Below, piece after piece: positions 1 through 8,655 of a stretch of 64,000 bases of DNA. The notes under the pieces were generated by a model. That model was not told the DNA's origin. It worked only from the letters and a program-made list of their open reading frames with translations, and did not search any database. Origin of the DNA: Janthinobacterium lividum (GTDB taxonomy: Bacteria; Pseudomonadota; Gammaproteobacteria; Burkholderiales; Burkholderiaceae); assembly GCA_050955105.1 (NCBI GenBank), contig JBPBQZ010000002.1, positions 3,206 to 67,205 on the forward strand, in the 5' to 3' direction. The position numbers and the translations under genes were made by a program. Within the stretch, counting starts at the first letter, position 1. Each line of letters starts with the position of its first letter.

Positions 1-763
1 TCTGGCCGTCGACCTTACATATATTTCCACCGCTCGCAGACGCCGCTTCGACGATTCTTCGTGCGCGCTCGATGGCCGCCGCGGAGTAGGAAAAGGCTTC
101 ATTGATGGTGGCGAGTTGCGACGGGTGAATCACGCAACGTCCGTTGAATCCGAGCTTGCGCACCTTGAGGCAATCTTCGTGTAGACCATCGATATCGGGA
201 ATGTCGAAGAACGGCGTGTCGATCGCGCGAATACCGTAAAGACGCGCGGCCAGCACGATGTCCGAACGCGGGATCAACAAGGTATCCCAACAGATTTCCG
301 CGCCCAGACTACGCGTGTAATCGGCCGCCCCGAACATCAAGGCCGCAACGCGCGGCACTGTGGCGGCGATTTGCTTGACGTTGCAAATCCCGGCAACGGT
401 TTCAATCAGCGCGATCAATTCAATTTTGGCGGCAAAACTGTCCAGCATCCATCTGACCGCGGCAATATCTTGCGCCGACTCCACTTTGGGAATCACGATG
501 AACTCCGGTACCCGCGCGCATTGGCGAATAGCCAGCAGATCATCCTGAATATGCTCGGTATCCGATGCATTGATTCTGACCGCCAAGCGTGTACCGGCCG
601 ACGCAGGAGCGCTCAGATACGAGCGAAGCATCTCGCGAGCGTCGCGTTTTCGTTCTTCCGCGACGGAATCCTCCAGATCGAGCAGACAGATGTCGGCCCC
701 TGAATCGAGCACGCGCTCGAAACGCTCGATTTGCAATGCGGGAGTAAACAGAATGGATCTCAT
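1..763 (-). CDS. HpcH/HpaI aldolase / CitE-like acyl-CoA lyase (citrate lyase beta-subunit family), C-terminal end outside the window
   Basis: My own minus-strand translation from the ATG at 763-761 reads MRSILFTPALQIERFERVLDSGADICLLDLEDSVAEE...IPKVESAQDI...LMFGAADYTRSLG...CVIHPSQL. It stays open to the window edge, so it is absent from the ORF track. The layout is typical of CitE/malyl-/citramalyl-CoA lyases. Confidence 0.75.
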   Translation of the reverse strand, partial: MRSILFTPALQIERFERVLDSGADICLLDLEDSVAEERKRDAREMLRSYLSAPASAGTRLAVRINASDTEHIQDDLLAIRQCARVPEFIVIPKVESAQDIAAVRWMLDSFAAKIELIALIETVAGICNVKQIAATVPRVAALMFGAADYTRSLGAEICWDTLLIPRSDIVLAARLYGIRAIDTPFFDIPDIDGLHEDCLKVRKLGFNGRCVIHPSQLATINEAFSYSAAAIERARRIVEAASASGGNICKVDGQ

Positions 764-893
764 AGGCCATTGACTTAACACGGTAGGTACTTCTCCAAAA
801 GCATGCTTGCCGAAAATAGGATGAGTGGATAGTGCGGAGAGCCTACTAATCGATGCGCTGAGATGGCGTGTCGCAGAAGCGTGGCGCCGAGCG

Positions 894-1751
894 CTATGCC
901 GTCGACAGATCGACGCGCATTTTTATCGAGCGATTGCCGTCTTCGGCCCAGGCCATGACGCCCTCACCACTCGGTGCCGCGGCCGCTTTCAATAGCAGCG
1001 GCTCGTCCAGTAGTGCGGGCGCTATTGCCTGAACCTTTACCGCGCGCAGCGGCGCGGTCGCGTCGGGCGTAGCCCCACTGGCCAAGGCATGCTGTACCAG
1101 CAATTGCGCGATCAGCGGTCCGTGTATGACCAGGGCGCGATAGCCCTCGACTTGCCGCGTATAGGCAAGGTCGTAGTGGATGCGGTGACTCACGCCCAGC
1201 AGCGCCGAATATTGGAACAGCGTGATCTCGTCTGGCCGGATCTCGCGGCTGATTACCCCGGCCTGCGCGCGCCATGGCGCCTGAGCTTCCCGGGCGCGCT
1301 CCTGGGCGCGCGCGCCCGGACGCCGGTAGACCCCCGTCCGTCGCTCGGTCACGACTATGCGCTCGCCTTGCAAAACTTCGAGCGTCTGCGGTACGAAGGC
1401 CAGTTCTCCTGAACGGCCGCTCTTGAGCCTGGCGGGCTCGGTGCTGCGCCGAAACGTCAGACTCGATGCGGGATCTGGCGGTTCGCCGAGGGAGATTTCC
1501 GAACCCGCCCACAGCCTTTGTGTGAAGTCCGCGGGAACGCCATCCGGTCGTGCCTGCGGATGGCCGTCCAGCGCCAGCCTGGCGCCGACGGGCGTCTCGT
1601 GCGTGAAAAGCCAATGCCAGGTTGGGAAAAACTGCGGCGTGGCCGAGGGTGCCGCCGACTGGCTGGCATCGCCGAAAAGGCCGTGGACAATGGATGCAAA
1701 TCGCTGAAAACGCGCGGGGCCGATATCGCGCACCCACTCCTCGACGGCCAT
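894..1751 (-). CDS. MaoC-like / hotdog-fold (R)-specific enoyl-CoA hydratase family protein
   Basis: This is the 288-aa ORF, trimmed to the ATG at 1751, which has GGGAG 8 nt upstream. The motif HRIHYDLAYTRQVEGYRALVIHGPL is typical of the N-terminal-MaoC / HTD2-type dehydratases that accompany CitE-like lyases. Confidence 0.7.
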   Translation of the reverse strand: MAVEEWVRDIGPARFQRFASIVHGLFGDASQSAAPSATPQFFPTWHWLFTHETPVGARLALDGHPQARPDGVPADFTQRLWAGSEISLGEPPDPASSLTFRRSTEPARLKSGRSGELAFVPQTLEVLQGERIVVTERRTGVYRRPGARAQERAREAQAPWRAQAGVISREIRPDEITLFQYSALLGVSHRIHYDLAYTRQVEGYRALVIHGPLIAQLLVQHALASGATPDATAPLRAVKVQAIAPALLDEPLLLKAAAAPSGEGVMAWAEDGNRSIKMRVDLSTA

Positions 1752-1877
1752 ACGGTTCACTCCCTCGATTAAAACGACGGCGCCATATTGGCCGACACAA
1801 CTTCGTGTCGTGAACTACGTATGGTTTCCTGCATGTAACAATAGTTTGACTAGCGACTGATGAAGTGTCGCGCGGAT

Positions 1878-2942
1878 TCAGTGAACCCAGTCCACCCAGA
1901 GCACCGTGAGGATGGTCATCAAGGCCGGACCGATGAACAATCCCAGCAGGCCGAAGGTCTCCGCTCCACCGAGGATGCCGAACAACACCAGCAGGAACGG
2001 CAGACGCGTGGAGCCGCTGATAAGCGCCGGCCGCACGAAGTGTTCGGCAACCAGCACGACGATGAAACCGAATATCGTCAGGCAGACCGCGGCAATGGTC
2101 GAGCCCTGTGCCAGCAGCCACAATGCGGAACCGATGAAGACCAGCGGCGCGCAAAACGGCAGCATGGCAGCGAGCGCCGTCAGCATGCCGAGCAAGGCGG
2201 CATGCGGCACGCCGGCGATCAGGTAAGCAATGCCCAGCAACGCGCCCTCGCCCAACCCCACCACCACCAGGCCCGTTACCGTGCTGCGCACCGAGATTGC
2301 CATCCGCCGCGCGAGCGATGCGCCATTTGCGCCGAATGCACGACGCGCCGCGGCGTTCAATTGCTCGCCGAGTCTGGACCCCGCGCGAAATAGGAAGAAC
2401 AGGCTCACCAGCATGAAGCCGAAGATCACCAGGCTATGCGCCAATCGACCACCGAAGCGACGCCCCATCGCAAATGCCGAAGCGCTGTGCAGGCCTTTCA
2501 GCGCCGGCGAACCGCGCAATGGCGCCGCCAGGTAGTTTTGCCACCAAGCCGAGATCTGCGCACCGCCCGGTAGGTGATTGACTAGATCGGGCATCGGAAT
2601 GCCGTCGGTAAAGGCACTTTGAACCCATTGCATGAAGTCGTGCGCCTCACGGCCCGCCTCAGCGGCAACCAGCACGAACGGCACCACGAAGACAATGCCT
2701 ATGAGCACCGTCAGCAAGGCCGCGAGGCTGGTCGGCCGCTGACGAAACCAGCGCTTGCGCTCGAGCCATTCCAGCGTCGGCCACAGTGCGATGCCGATCA
2801 CCAATGCCCAGATCACCGCAGGAATGAAGTCGCGCACCGTCCATAACGCCAAAGCAACGAGCAGCGCGTACAAGGCGGCGGATGCAGATTTTTGCAGGCG
2901 TTGCGTGCGTAGTTCAGCGGCGTTCGGATTTTCTGGAGTCAT
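1878..2942 (-). CDS. AI-2E family transporter (PerM/UPF0118-like permease)
   Basis: The 354-aa polytopic membrane protein has a C-terminal half (GLGEGALLGIAYLIAGVPHAALLG...FVRPALISG...LPFLLVLFGILGGAETFGLLGLFIGP) characteristic of the AI-2E/PerM family. Confidence 0.8.
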   Translation of the reverse strand: MTPENPNAAELRTQRLQKSASAALYALLVALALWTVRDFIPAVIWALVIGIALWPTLEWLERKRWFRQRPTSLAALLTVLIGIVFVVPFVLVAAEAGREAHDFMQWVQSAFTDGIPMPDLVNHLPGGAQISAWWQNYLAAPLRGSPALKGLHSASAFAMGRRFGGRLAHSLVIFGFMLVSLFFLFRAGSRLGEQLNAAARRAFGANGASLARRMAISVRSTVTGLVVVGLGEGALLGIAYLIAGVPHAALLGMLTALAAMLPFCAPLVFIGSALWLLAQGSTIAAVCLTIFGFIVVLVAEHFVRPALISGSTRLPFLLVLFGILGGAETFGLLGLFIGPALMTILTVLWVDWVH

Positions 2943-3050
2943 TGAAGATCAAGTGATGCAGGGTCTTCGGCGGCCCTGCGCGTCGGCGATACGCGGGCCG
3001 GCAAATCTTCCTGCCTGATTCGAAGGGTCAGCAACGACTGTATCAAAAAT

Positions 3051-3068
3051 GCCGTATGCGCATACGGC
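3051..3068. repeat. Perfect 18-bp palindrome GCCGTATGCGCATACGGC
   Basis: The sequence is its own reverse complement. It is preceded by AAAAAT on the plus strand, so on the minus strand it reads hairpin plus ATTTTT. Confidence 0.9.
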
Positions 3069-3195
3069 AGCGAACATGGGGAAGTAACGGGCGGTGCCGA
3101 ACAAACATGTCGCTCTCGGGAATGGCCGTTGCTGGAACCAGCGCAACTGCCGCGACATCGTCGCCGCCCGCTCACACCAATCAGGAGAGAAGGTC

Positions 3196-3615
3196 ATGCA
3201 GGCTCTAGTCTACGAAGGCCCACGCAAGGTCACTGTGAAGGAAATGCCTGACGCCAAAATCGAACGCGCCACCGACGTGCTCGTTAAAATTACCACCACC
3301 AATATCTGCGGCTCAGATCTGCATATGTATGAGGGCCGCACGAATATGGAGACGGGCCGCATTCTCGGTCACGAGAATCTGGGCGTCGTCGTGGAAGTGG
3401 GCGCAGGCGTACAGCGCATCAAGGTGGGCGACCGCGTATGTCTGCCCTTCAATATCGGCTGCGGCTTTTGCAAGAATTGCGAGAAGGGCCTGACCGGCTT
3501 CTGTCTCACCGCCAACCCTGGCATGGCTGTGTTGGAGAAGGCTGCCGAGGGATACGCGCATTTCGATGCACGCGATGACGGCTGGACCAAGGTTGTCTTG
3601 AAAACAGCGGCTTAA
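3196..3615 (+). pseudogene. Zn-dependent MDR dehydrogenase remnant (glutathione-independent formaldehyde dehydrogenase-like) with a large internal in-frame deletion
   Basis: AGGAGA precedes the ATG at 3196. The first ~110 aa (MQALVYEGPRKV...TNICGSDLHMYEGRT...GHENLGVVVEVG...CGFCKNCEKGLTGFC) form the GroES-like catalytic N-domain with the Zn ligands. This joins directly to a ~28-aa C-terminal tail (EGYAHFDARDDGWTKVVLK). The ~250-aa Rossmann domain is missing. Confidence 0.65.
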
Positions 3616-3722
3616 TCCACGCAGGCTGCTATCGCGGCGGCGGCTGCGTTGGCCATCGCCGCGACCGCTTGCCCATTTGTGATCGACTATCCACTGCGCC
3701 AACAGCCCAGCTTGCCCGCACG

Positions 3723-4859
3723 CTAGGGCGCCACGAGCTTGATCATCTGTCCATGGCGCAGCGCCACGAAGGCATCGTCGGGCAAGCCAGCCGCCCGCGT
3801 AGCTTGCAGCAGCAGGCGCGGCGGTTCGTCCAGCGGCTCATCGCCGAGCTCGAAGGTGCCCCAGTGGATGCCGACGGCCTTCTTCGCATGCACGTCCTTG
3901 AATATCTGCACCGCCTCGGCGGGATCGACGTGCTGGCCGTGCATGAACCAACGCGGCGCGTAAGCGCCGATGGGAATCAGCGCAAGATCGAAGCCGCCGA
4001 ACTTTGCACCGATGTCCTTGAAGTCTGGCGAATAACCCGTGTCACCAGCAAAGTAGAACGAAAACGGATGCGCCGCCTGCACGGGTGTCTTGATAACCCA
4101 GCCACCCCACAGCGTTTCCGCGCGATCAGTCAGACTGCGAGCCGACCAGTGCTGGGCGGGCACGAACCAGATATCGAGCCCCGCGGCATGCGTCTCATCG
4201 CCCCAATCGAGTTCCCGCACATTGGTGATGCCCTTGCCATTCATCCATTTCTGGATGCCGAGTGGCACGAGAAACAGCGGCGGGCCGCCCGCTTGCCGGT
4301 TCAGCGCCTCGACACTCGCTGTATCGAGATGATCGTAGTGATTATGAGATATCACGACGATATCGATGTGCGGCAGTTCGTCGACTGTCAGTCCAGGCGG
4401 CACCTTGCGTTTCGGGCCCACGAATGAGAATGGCGAGGCCCGCTCGGAAAACACCGGATCAGCCAGAATGTTGACGCCGTTCAACTGGAGCAATGCGCTG
4501 GCGTGGCCGATCCAGGTAAGCGTATCGACTGAGCGATTCGCCTTCAGCCATGCCACGTCCACATGATCCACCGGGAAGTGATAACCATTCGCGGGCGGTT
4601 TGGGCAAGCCGTGCGTCAGCCGCTCCCAACGCCACTTCAGCATCGATTCTCGCGGCAATTGGCCGTAGTTGTTCTGGTAGCCGTCTGCGGTGTGACGAGC
4701 GTGATGCATGGGTACAGCGTCCGAGGTGGGCGTTTCCTCTGTATTTTGAGATTCCGCGGATGTGGCTAACACGGGTGGCAGCAGCGCGCCAAGCAGGACA
4801 AACGCCACGCATGCGCGGCGCGCGCGCGTGGCATGACACTTCAAACGCAAACGTTTCAT
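3723..4859 (-). CDS. Exported MBL-fold metallo-hydrolase (NAPE-PLD-like Zn-dependent hydrolase)
   Basis: The 378-aa protein has an N-terminal signal-like segment (ACVAFVLLGALLPPVLATSAES). The motif VVISHNHYDHLD (HxHxDH) with a downstream GDTGY is typical of the beta-lactamase fold. Confidence 0.8.
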   Translation of the reverse strand: MKRLRLKCHATRARRACVAFVLLGALLPPVLATSAESQNTEETPTSDAVPMHHARHTADGYQNNYGQLPRESMLKWRWERLTHGLPKPPANGYHFPVDHVDVAWLKANRSVDTLTWIGHASALLQLNGVNILADPVFSERASPFSFVGPKRKVPPGLTVDELPHIDIVVISHNHYDHLDTASVEALNRQAGGPPLFLVPLGIQKWMNGKGITNVRELDWGDETHAAGLDIWFVPAQHWSARSLTDRAETLWGGWVIKTPVQAAHPFSFYFAGDTGYSPDFKDIGAKFGGFDLALIPIGAYAPRWFMHGQHVDPAEAVQIFKDVHAKKAVGIHWGTFELGDEPLDEPPRLLLQATRAAGLPDDAFVALRHGQMIKLVAP

Positions 4860-4937
4860 GAATATCGGTGGCCGGAAGACGGTCCACCTAGCTTAACGCC
4901 AACCGTGATTACGCGATGGCGGACACCGCTGCCCATC

Positions 4938-6074
4938 TCAGCGGTCTTCGAAGCGCACCTGCAATTTGCCGGCGCGCGAGGTCTGGTAAAGGCCGACCAC
5001 GGCAGCCGGCAGATTGTCGAAACCTTCCGCGACATTGCTGATCGGCTTCAGTGCGCCGCTGCGCAGCAGCCTCGACAGATCGTCTTCCGCTTTCAAACGC
5101 TCGTGATAGAACTCGTCAACGATCCATACGTTGGATTTGATATTGCGCGCCTTGAGCGTGGCCTCGACCTGCTCCGAAATACCGAAGGCACGCCGCAGGG
5201 TACGTCGCTGCTGCGGCGCGGGAGCGAGTTTATCGGCATAGAACGCCGCGGCGCTACCGTATGAAAACAAGCGACCATTGGCGTTCATCGCGGCGGTCAC
5301 GGTCTCGGTCAGCGCGCCGCCGATGCCATCTGAAAAAACGTCGATGCCCTTCGGAAAGGCGGCCTTCAATTGCGCCTCGAAATCTGCCGCGCGGTAGTCG
5401 AGACAGCGGTCGATGCCAAGCGTGTCGAGCACCCACTCGCAGCGCGCCGCGCCACCGCCGAAGCCCACCACATAACAGCCGGCGATCTTCGCCAACTGCG
5501 CGGCGATCGAGCCCACCGAGCCCGTGGTACCGGCAACCGCGACAGCATCGCCGGGCATCAGCGGACCGCTCTCACGCAGGCCGAAGTAAGCCGTCATGCC
5601 CGACGTGCCGAACATCTCCATCAGCACCTCCGGCGGCCACATCTTGACCATTGCCGGCCTGAACACGTAGGTCCATTGCGACTGGGTACCGTTCAAGGCC
5701 TTCACCAATTCGCTCGGCGCGCCGTAACCCACCGACGGATCGTCGCTGCTGATCACTTGATAGTCCTGCCAGCCAGCCTGGCAGGCGATCACGTCGCCTT
5801 CCTTGAAGCTCTGGTCGCGTGACTGAACCACTTCCGCGCACGCATAGTTGCTGCGATCGGTATCACCCAATTTGGTCATGCCGCTAGCCACCCGCGAACG
5901 CGTGCCCGAATGGATATTCACCAGCTTCACGCGCACCAGTGCCTGCCCTTGCTTCAGTTCCGGAATCGGTAATTCGCGTCGTTCGAATTGCTCCAACGCA
6001 AGCACGTCATTGCTCATCGGCTTGGCGATAATCCACTGCTGATAGGTCTTCGGCAATTCAATACTCCTGGTCAT
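4938..6074 (-). CDS. NADP-dependent oxidoreductase, medium-chain dehydrogenase/reductase family (YncB / alkenal reductase-like)
   Basis: The 378-aa protein carries a GTSGMTAYFGL...VAVAGTTGSVGSIAAQLAKIAGCYVVG nucleotide-binding pattern and the C-terminal GKLQVRF ending typical of this MDR subgroup. Confidence 0.75.
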   Translation of the reverse strand: MTRSIELPKTYQQWIIAKPMSNDVLALEQFERRELPIPELKQGQALVRVKLVNIHSGTRSRVASGMTKLGDTDRSNYACAEVVQSRDQSFKEGDVIACQAGWQDYQVISSDDPSVGYGAPSELVKALNGTQSQWTYVFRPAMVKMWPPEVLMEMFGTSGMTAYFGLRESGPLMPGDAVAVAGTTGSVGSIAAQLAKIAGCYVVGFGGGAARCEWVLDTLGIDRCLDYRAADFEAQLKAAFPKGIDVFSDGIGGALTETVTAAMNANGRLFSYGSAAAFYADKLAPAPQQRRTLRRAFGISEQVEATLKARNIKSNVWIVDEFYHERLKAEDDLSRLLRSGALKPISNVAEGFDNLPAAVVGLYQTSRAGKLQVRFEDR

Positions 6075-6292
6075 GTCCGTCGTGCGCCATCCGCACCGAT
6101 GCGCCGCGAGCGCTGATTATCCTGAAAACGGCAAGCCGCGGCGCAAGTGGTTCAACCCGCGGTTAATCCCCATGATCGCGCGGGTCTTTCGAAAGATACA
6201 TAATTGGCGGGCTCGAAAAGCTATTAAATCGTATATTTCGCGCGCTCAGGTCCGATGTGCTGTTTGCTGACAGCACGCGGTACGCTTGTCCA

Positions 6293-7786
6293 ATGCCGCA
6301 CGCCACATCGCCCAACCCCATGAAACCTGAGCGCGCCCTGCAAAGCCATCCCCTCGACATCCATTCAGCCTCCAGCCGTACCGGCGCGCTCGCACTCACG
6401 GTACTGCTTACCGGTGCATTCCTCTCGCCACTCGACTACTTCATCGTCAATCTGGCGCTGCCCGCGATTCGCAGCAGTCTGCACGCGAGTTCGGCCGAAT
6501 TGCAACTGATCGTCTCGGTCTACACATCGGCGTTCGCGGTGCTCCTCGTCACCGGCGGCCGGCTGGGCGACATGTTCGGACGCAAGCGCATGTTCATGTG
6601 GGGCATGGCAGGCTTCGTGGTCTCGTCGGCGCTCTGCGCGGCGGCGCCGAACGGCGCGGTACTGGTGCTGGGCAGGGTGCTGCAAGGCGCCGCGGCGGCG
6701 GTCATGGTGCCGCAGATACTCGCAACCATCCGCAACGTGTTTCCCAAAGAACAACAAGCCCGCGTGATGAGCTTGTATGGCTTTATATTCGGCTTCGCTT
6801 CGGTAGTTGGCCAGGTAGGCGGCGGTGCGCTCATCACGCTGCGGCCCTTCGGCCTGGGCTGGCAATCGATCTTCCTGATCAATGTGCCGGTCGGCTTGCT
6901 GGCACTGGCGGGCGCATGGCGCTTCGTACCGGAGAATCGTGCGCCCCACGGCGCGCGGCTCGACCTACCGGGCTTATTGCTGCTGTCGATTTTCCTGGCG
7001 CTGGTGATCTATCCGCTCACGCAGGGACGCGAGGCCGGCTGGCCCGCCTGGACCTTCTTCTCCTTCACCGCCAGTGTCCCAATACTGATCCTGTTCTTTT
7101 GGATGGAATACCGGCTCAAGCAAAGCGGCGGCGCTCCACTCGTCGATCTCAGTCTGTTCAGCAATCCGGTTTTTTCAATCGGTCTGGTATTGGCATTCTG
7201 CTTTTATTGCGATGGCGTGTTCTTCCTGACCTACGGCATCTATTTGCAAAATGGCCTGCATCTTTCACCGCTCGCGGCCGGCATCGCGATCTTCCCTTTT
7301 GGCGTCGGCTCGATCCTGGGGCCATTGTTGTCGCCACGACTGGCGCACCGCTTCGGCAACCGTATTCTCACCGTCGGCTTCGCGTTGCTCGCGCTCGGCT
7401 TCGCGCTTTCCGTCGGCGCACTTTACCTCTCGATCACACCCGGCCTGCTGTTTTACGTGGGCCTGCTGATCGCCGGCACGGGCCATGGCGTGGTGCTGCC
7501 ATCGGTCGTGCGCATCGTCATCGGCGAAATCGCCCCAGCGCAGGCCGGACTCGCTTCGAGCCTGGTCACTTCGCTGTTGCAGCTAGGCTCCGCGTTCGGC
7601 GCCACGGCGATCAGCGGCGTGTTCTTTTCGGCGCTCACGGCAGGCACCTCACCACTCGACTACGCGCACGCTTACCAGTTGAGCATCGGCATCGTGGCAG
7701 TGCTGTATGTCGCTTGTATCGGTCTGTCGCTGCTGCTGCGCAGCCGACCGGCGCTCGGCACCCCTTTACAAGCCGCGTCGCGCTAG
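6293..7786 (+). CDS. MFS transporter, DHA2 (EmrB/QacA-like, 14-TMS) family
   Basis: The ORF is long and polytopic. The motif GGRLGDMFGRKRMF (MFS motif A) and its length and TMS count fit DHA2. The start is uncertain: GTG 6257, ATG 6293 or ATG 6320. Confidence 0.8.
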   Translation: MPHATSPNPMKPERALQSHPLDIHSASSRTGALALTVLLTGAFLSPLDYFIVNLALPAIRSSLHASSAELQLIVSVYTSAFAVLLVTGGRLGDMFGRKRMFMWGMAGFVVSSALCAAAPNGAVLVLGRVLQGAAAAVMVPQILATIRNVFPKEQQARVMSLYGFIFGFASVVGQVGGGALITLRPFGLGWQSIFLINVPVGLLALAGAWRFVPENRAPHGARLDLPGLLLLSIFLALVIYPLTQGREAGWPAWTFFSFTASVPILILFFWMEYRLKQSGGAPLVDLSLFSNPVFSIGLVLAFCFYCDGVFFLTYGIYLQNGLHLSPLAAGIAIFPFGVGSILGPLLSPRLAHRFGNRILTVGFALLALGFALSVGALYLSITPGLLFYVGLLIAGTGHGVVLPSVVRIVIGEIAPAQAGLASSLVTSLLQLGSAFGATAISGVFFSALTAGTSPLDYAHAYQLSIGIVAVLYVACIGLSLLLRSRPALGTPLQAASR

Positions 7787-8499
7787 CGGCGCCGATGATT
7801 GATGGCAATGAACACCGCCATCAGCACCAGGAAACCCAACAGCAATAGCACGGCATTTTGAGACACTCGCATCAAGCCGAGTTCGCCGACGTCGATAAAT
7901 GGATAGGGATAGAAATCGGTATCGCTACCGCGTAGAAAAGTGATGAACAGATACGCCAGCGGATAAATCAGCCAGTACGCGCATTTGCGCAACGTCAGAT
8001 GAAAGCGTGGCACGAAAAGCAGCCAATAGAGCACGGCCAGCAGCGGCACGATGCTGTGCAGGCATTCGTTCAACAGCGCGCGATAACCGGTGGGCGTCCA
8101 GAGATGACGCAACAGCAGGTTGTAGCTGATGCCGACGAAGGCGATGTAAATGACGATCGCCGTGACCACTGCCGGTTTCCTGAAAAATCGCGCAAAGGGT
8201 GTGGAGAGACGCCATGCCACGCAAGTAAAACAGATCGCCGTAGCGAACACCGTAAGGTTCGTCAGGTAGCTGCTGAGCCGCGCCAGCGCATCCAACACGG
8301 TCAACCCGCGCGCCTCGAAACGCATCAGCGTAATGCCAGTCTGCGCAATGATCGCCGCCCAGGCAATCAGCGCGATCAAGGCTGCCGCCCGCAACGATGC
8401 GGCGCTCGGCGTAGGCAGCGGCAGACCGTGCTGCGCGGCTTCGGGCCGAGCACGCGCGCTGCTGGTCGACGGGCCTGACGATGAGAATGGCTTGGGCAT
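7783..8499 (-). CDS. Pr6Pr-family (FAR-17a/AIG1-like) integral membrane protein
   Basis: The 238-aa protein has about 6 TMS. The C-terminal pattern HSIVPLLAVLYWLLF...YWLIYPLAYLFITFLRG...YPYPFID matches my recollection of the Pr6Pr family. Confidence 0.55.
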   Translation of the reverse strand: MPKPFSSSGPSTSSARARPEAAQHGLPLPTPSAASLRAAALIALIAWAAIIAQTGITLMRFEARGLTVLDALARLSSYLTNLTVFATAICFTCVAWRLSTPFARFFRKPAVVTAIVIYIAFVGISYNLLLRHLWTPTGYRALLNECLHSIVPLLAVLYWLLFVPRFHLTLRKCAYWLIYPLAYLFITFLRGSDTDFYPYPFIDVGELGLMRVSQNAVLLLLGFLVLMAVFIAINHRRR

Positions 8500-8655
8500 C
8501 GAACGATTCTATACGCAGTCTCAAAAATGCAGCGGCGCACGCCGGCGGCGACAAAATGGTGCAATGGCCGATCGCCGGAATGCATTTCCTTTCTGCGGCG
8601 AAGCGATTACCTTTCGTACAAAGAAGCTCGAAAAATCCACTGCGAGAATAATGCG

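Noticed and set aside
964-2154. 396-aa minus-strand ORF spanning two genes.
   Set aside because: It overlaps the MaoC-like gene and the AI-2E transporter in other frames. It is Arg/Gly/Ala-rich and crosses a clear intergenic region.
6260-6273. Possible LexA (SOS) box CTGT...ACAG near the MFS gene. I also looked between the MFS transporter and uvrA (12622-12799) and upstream of ssb.
   Set aside because: The spacer here is N6, not the N8 of the CTGT-N8-ACAG consensus. I saw no CTGT-N8-ACAG match by eye in the uvrA or ssb upstream regions.
6598-7848. 416-aa plus-strand ORF.
   Set aside because: It is an alternative frame of the DHA2 MFS transporter. Its Arg-rich product is not membrane-like.
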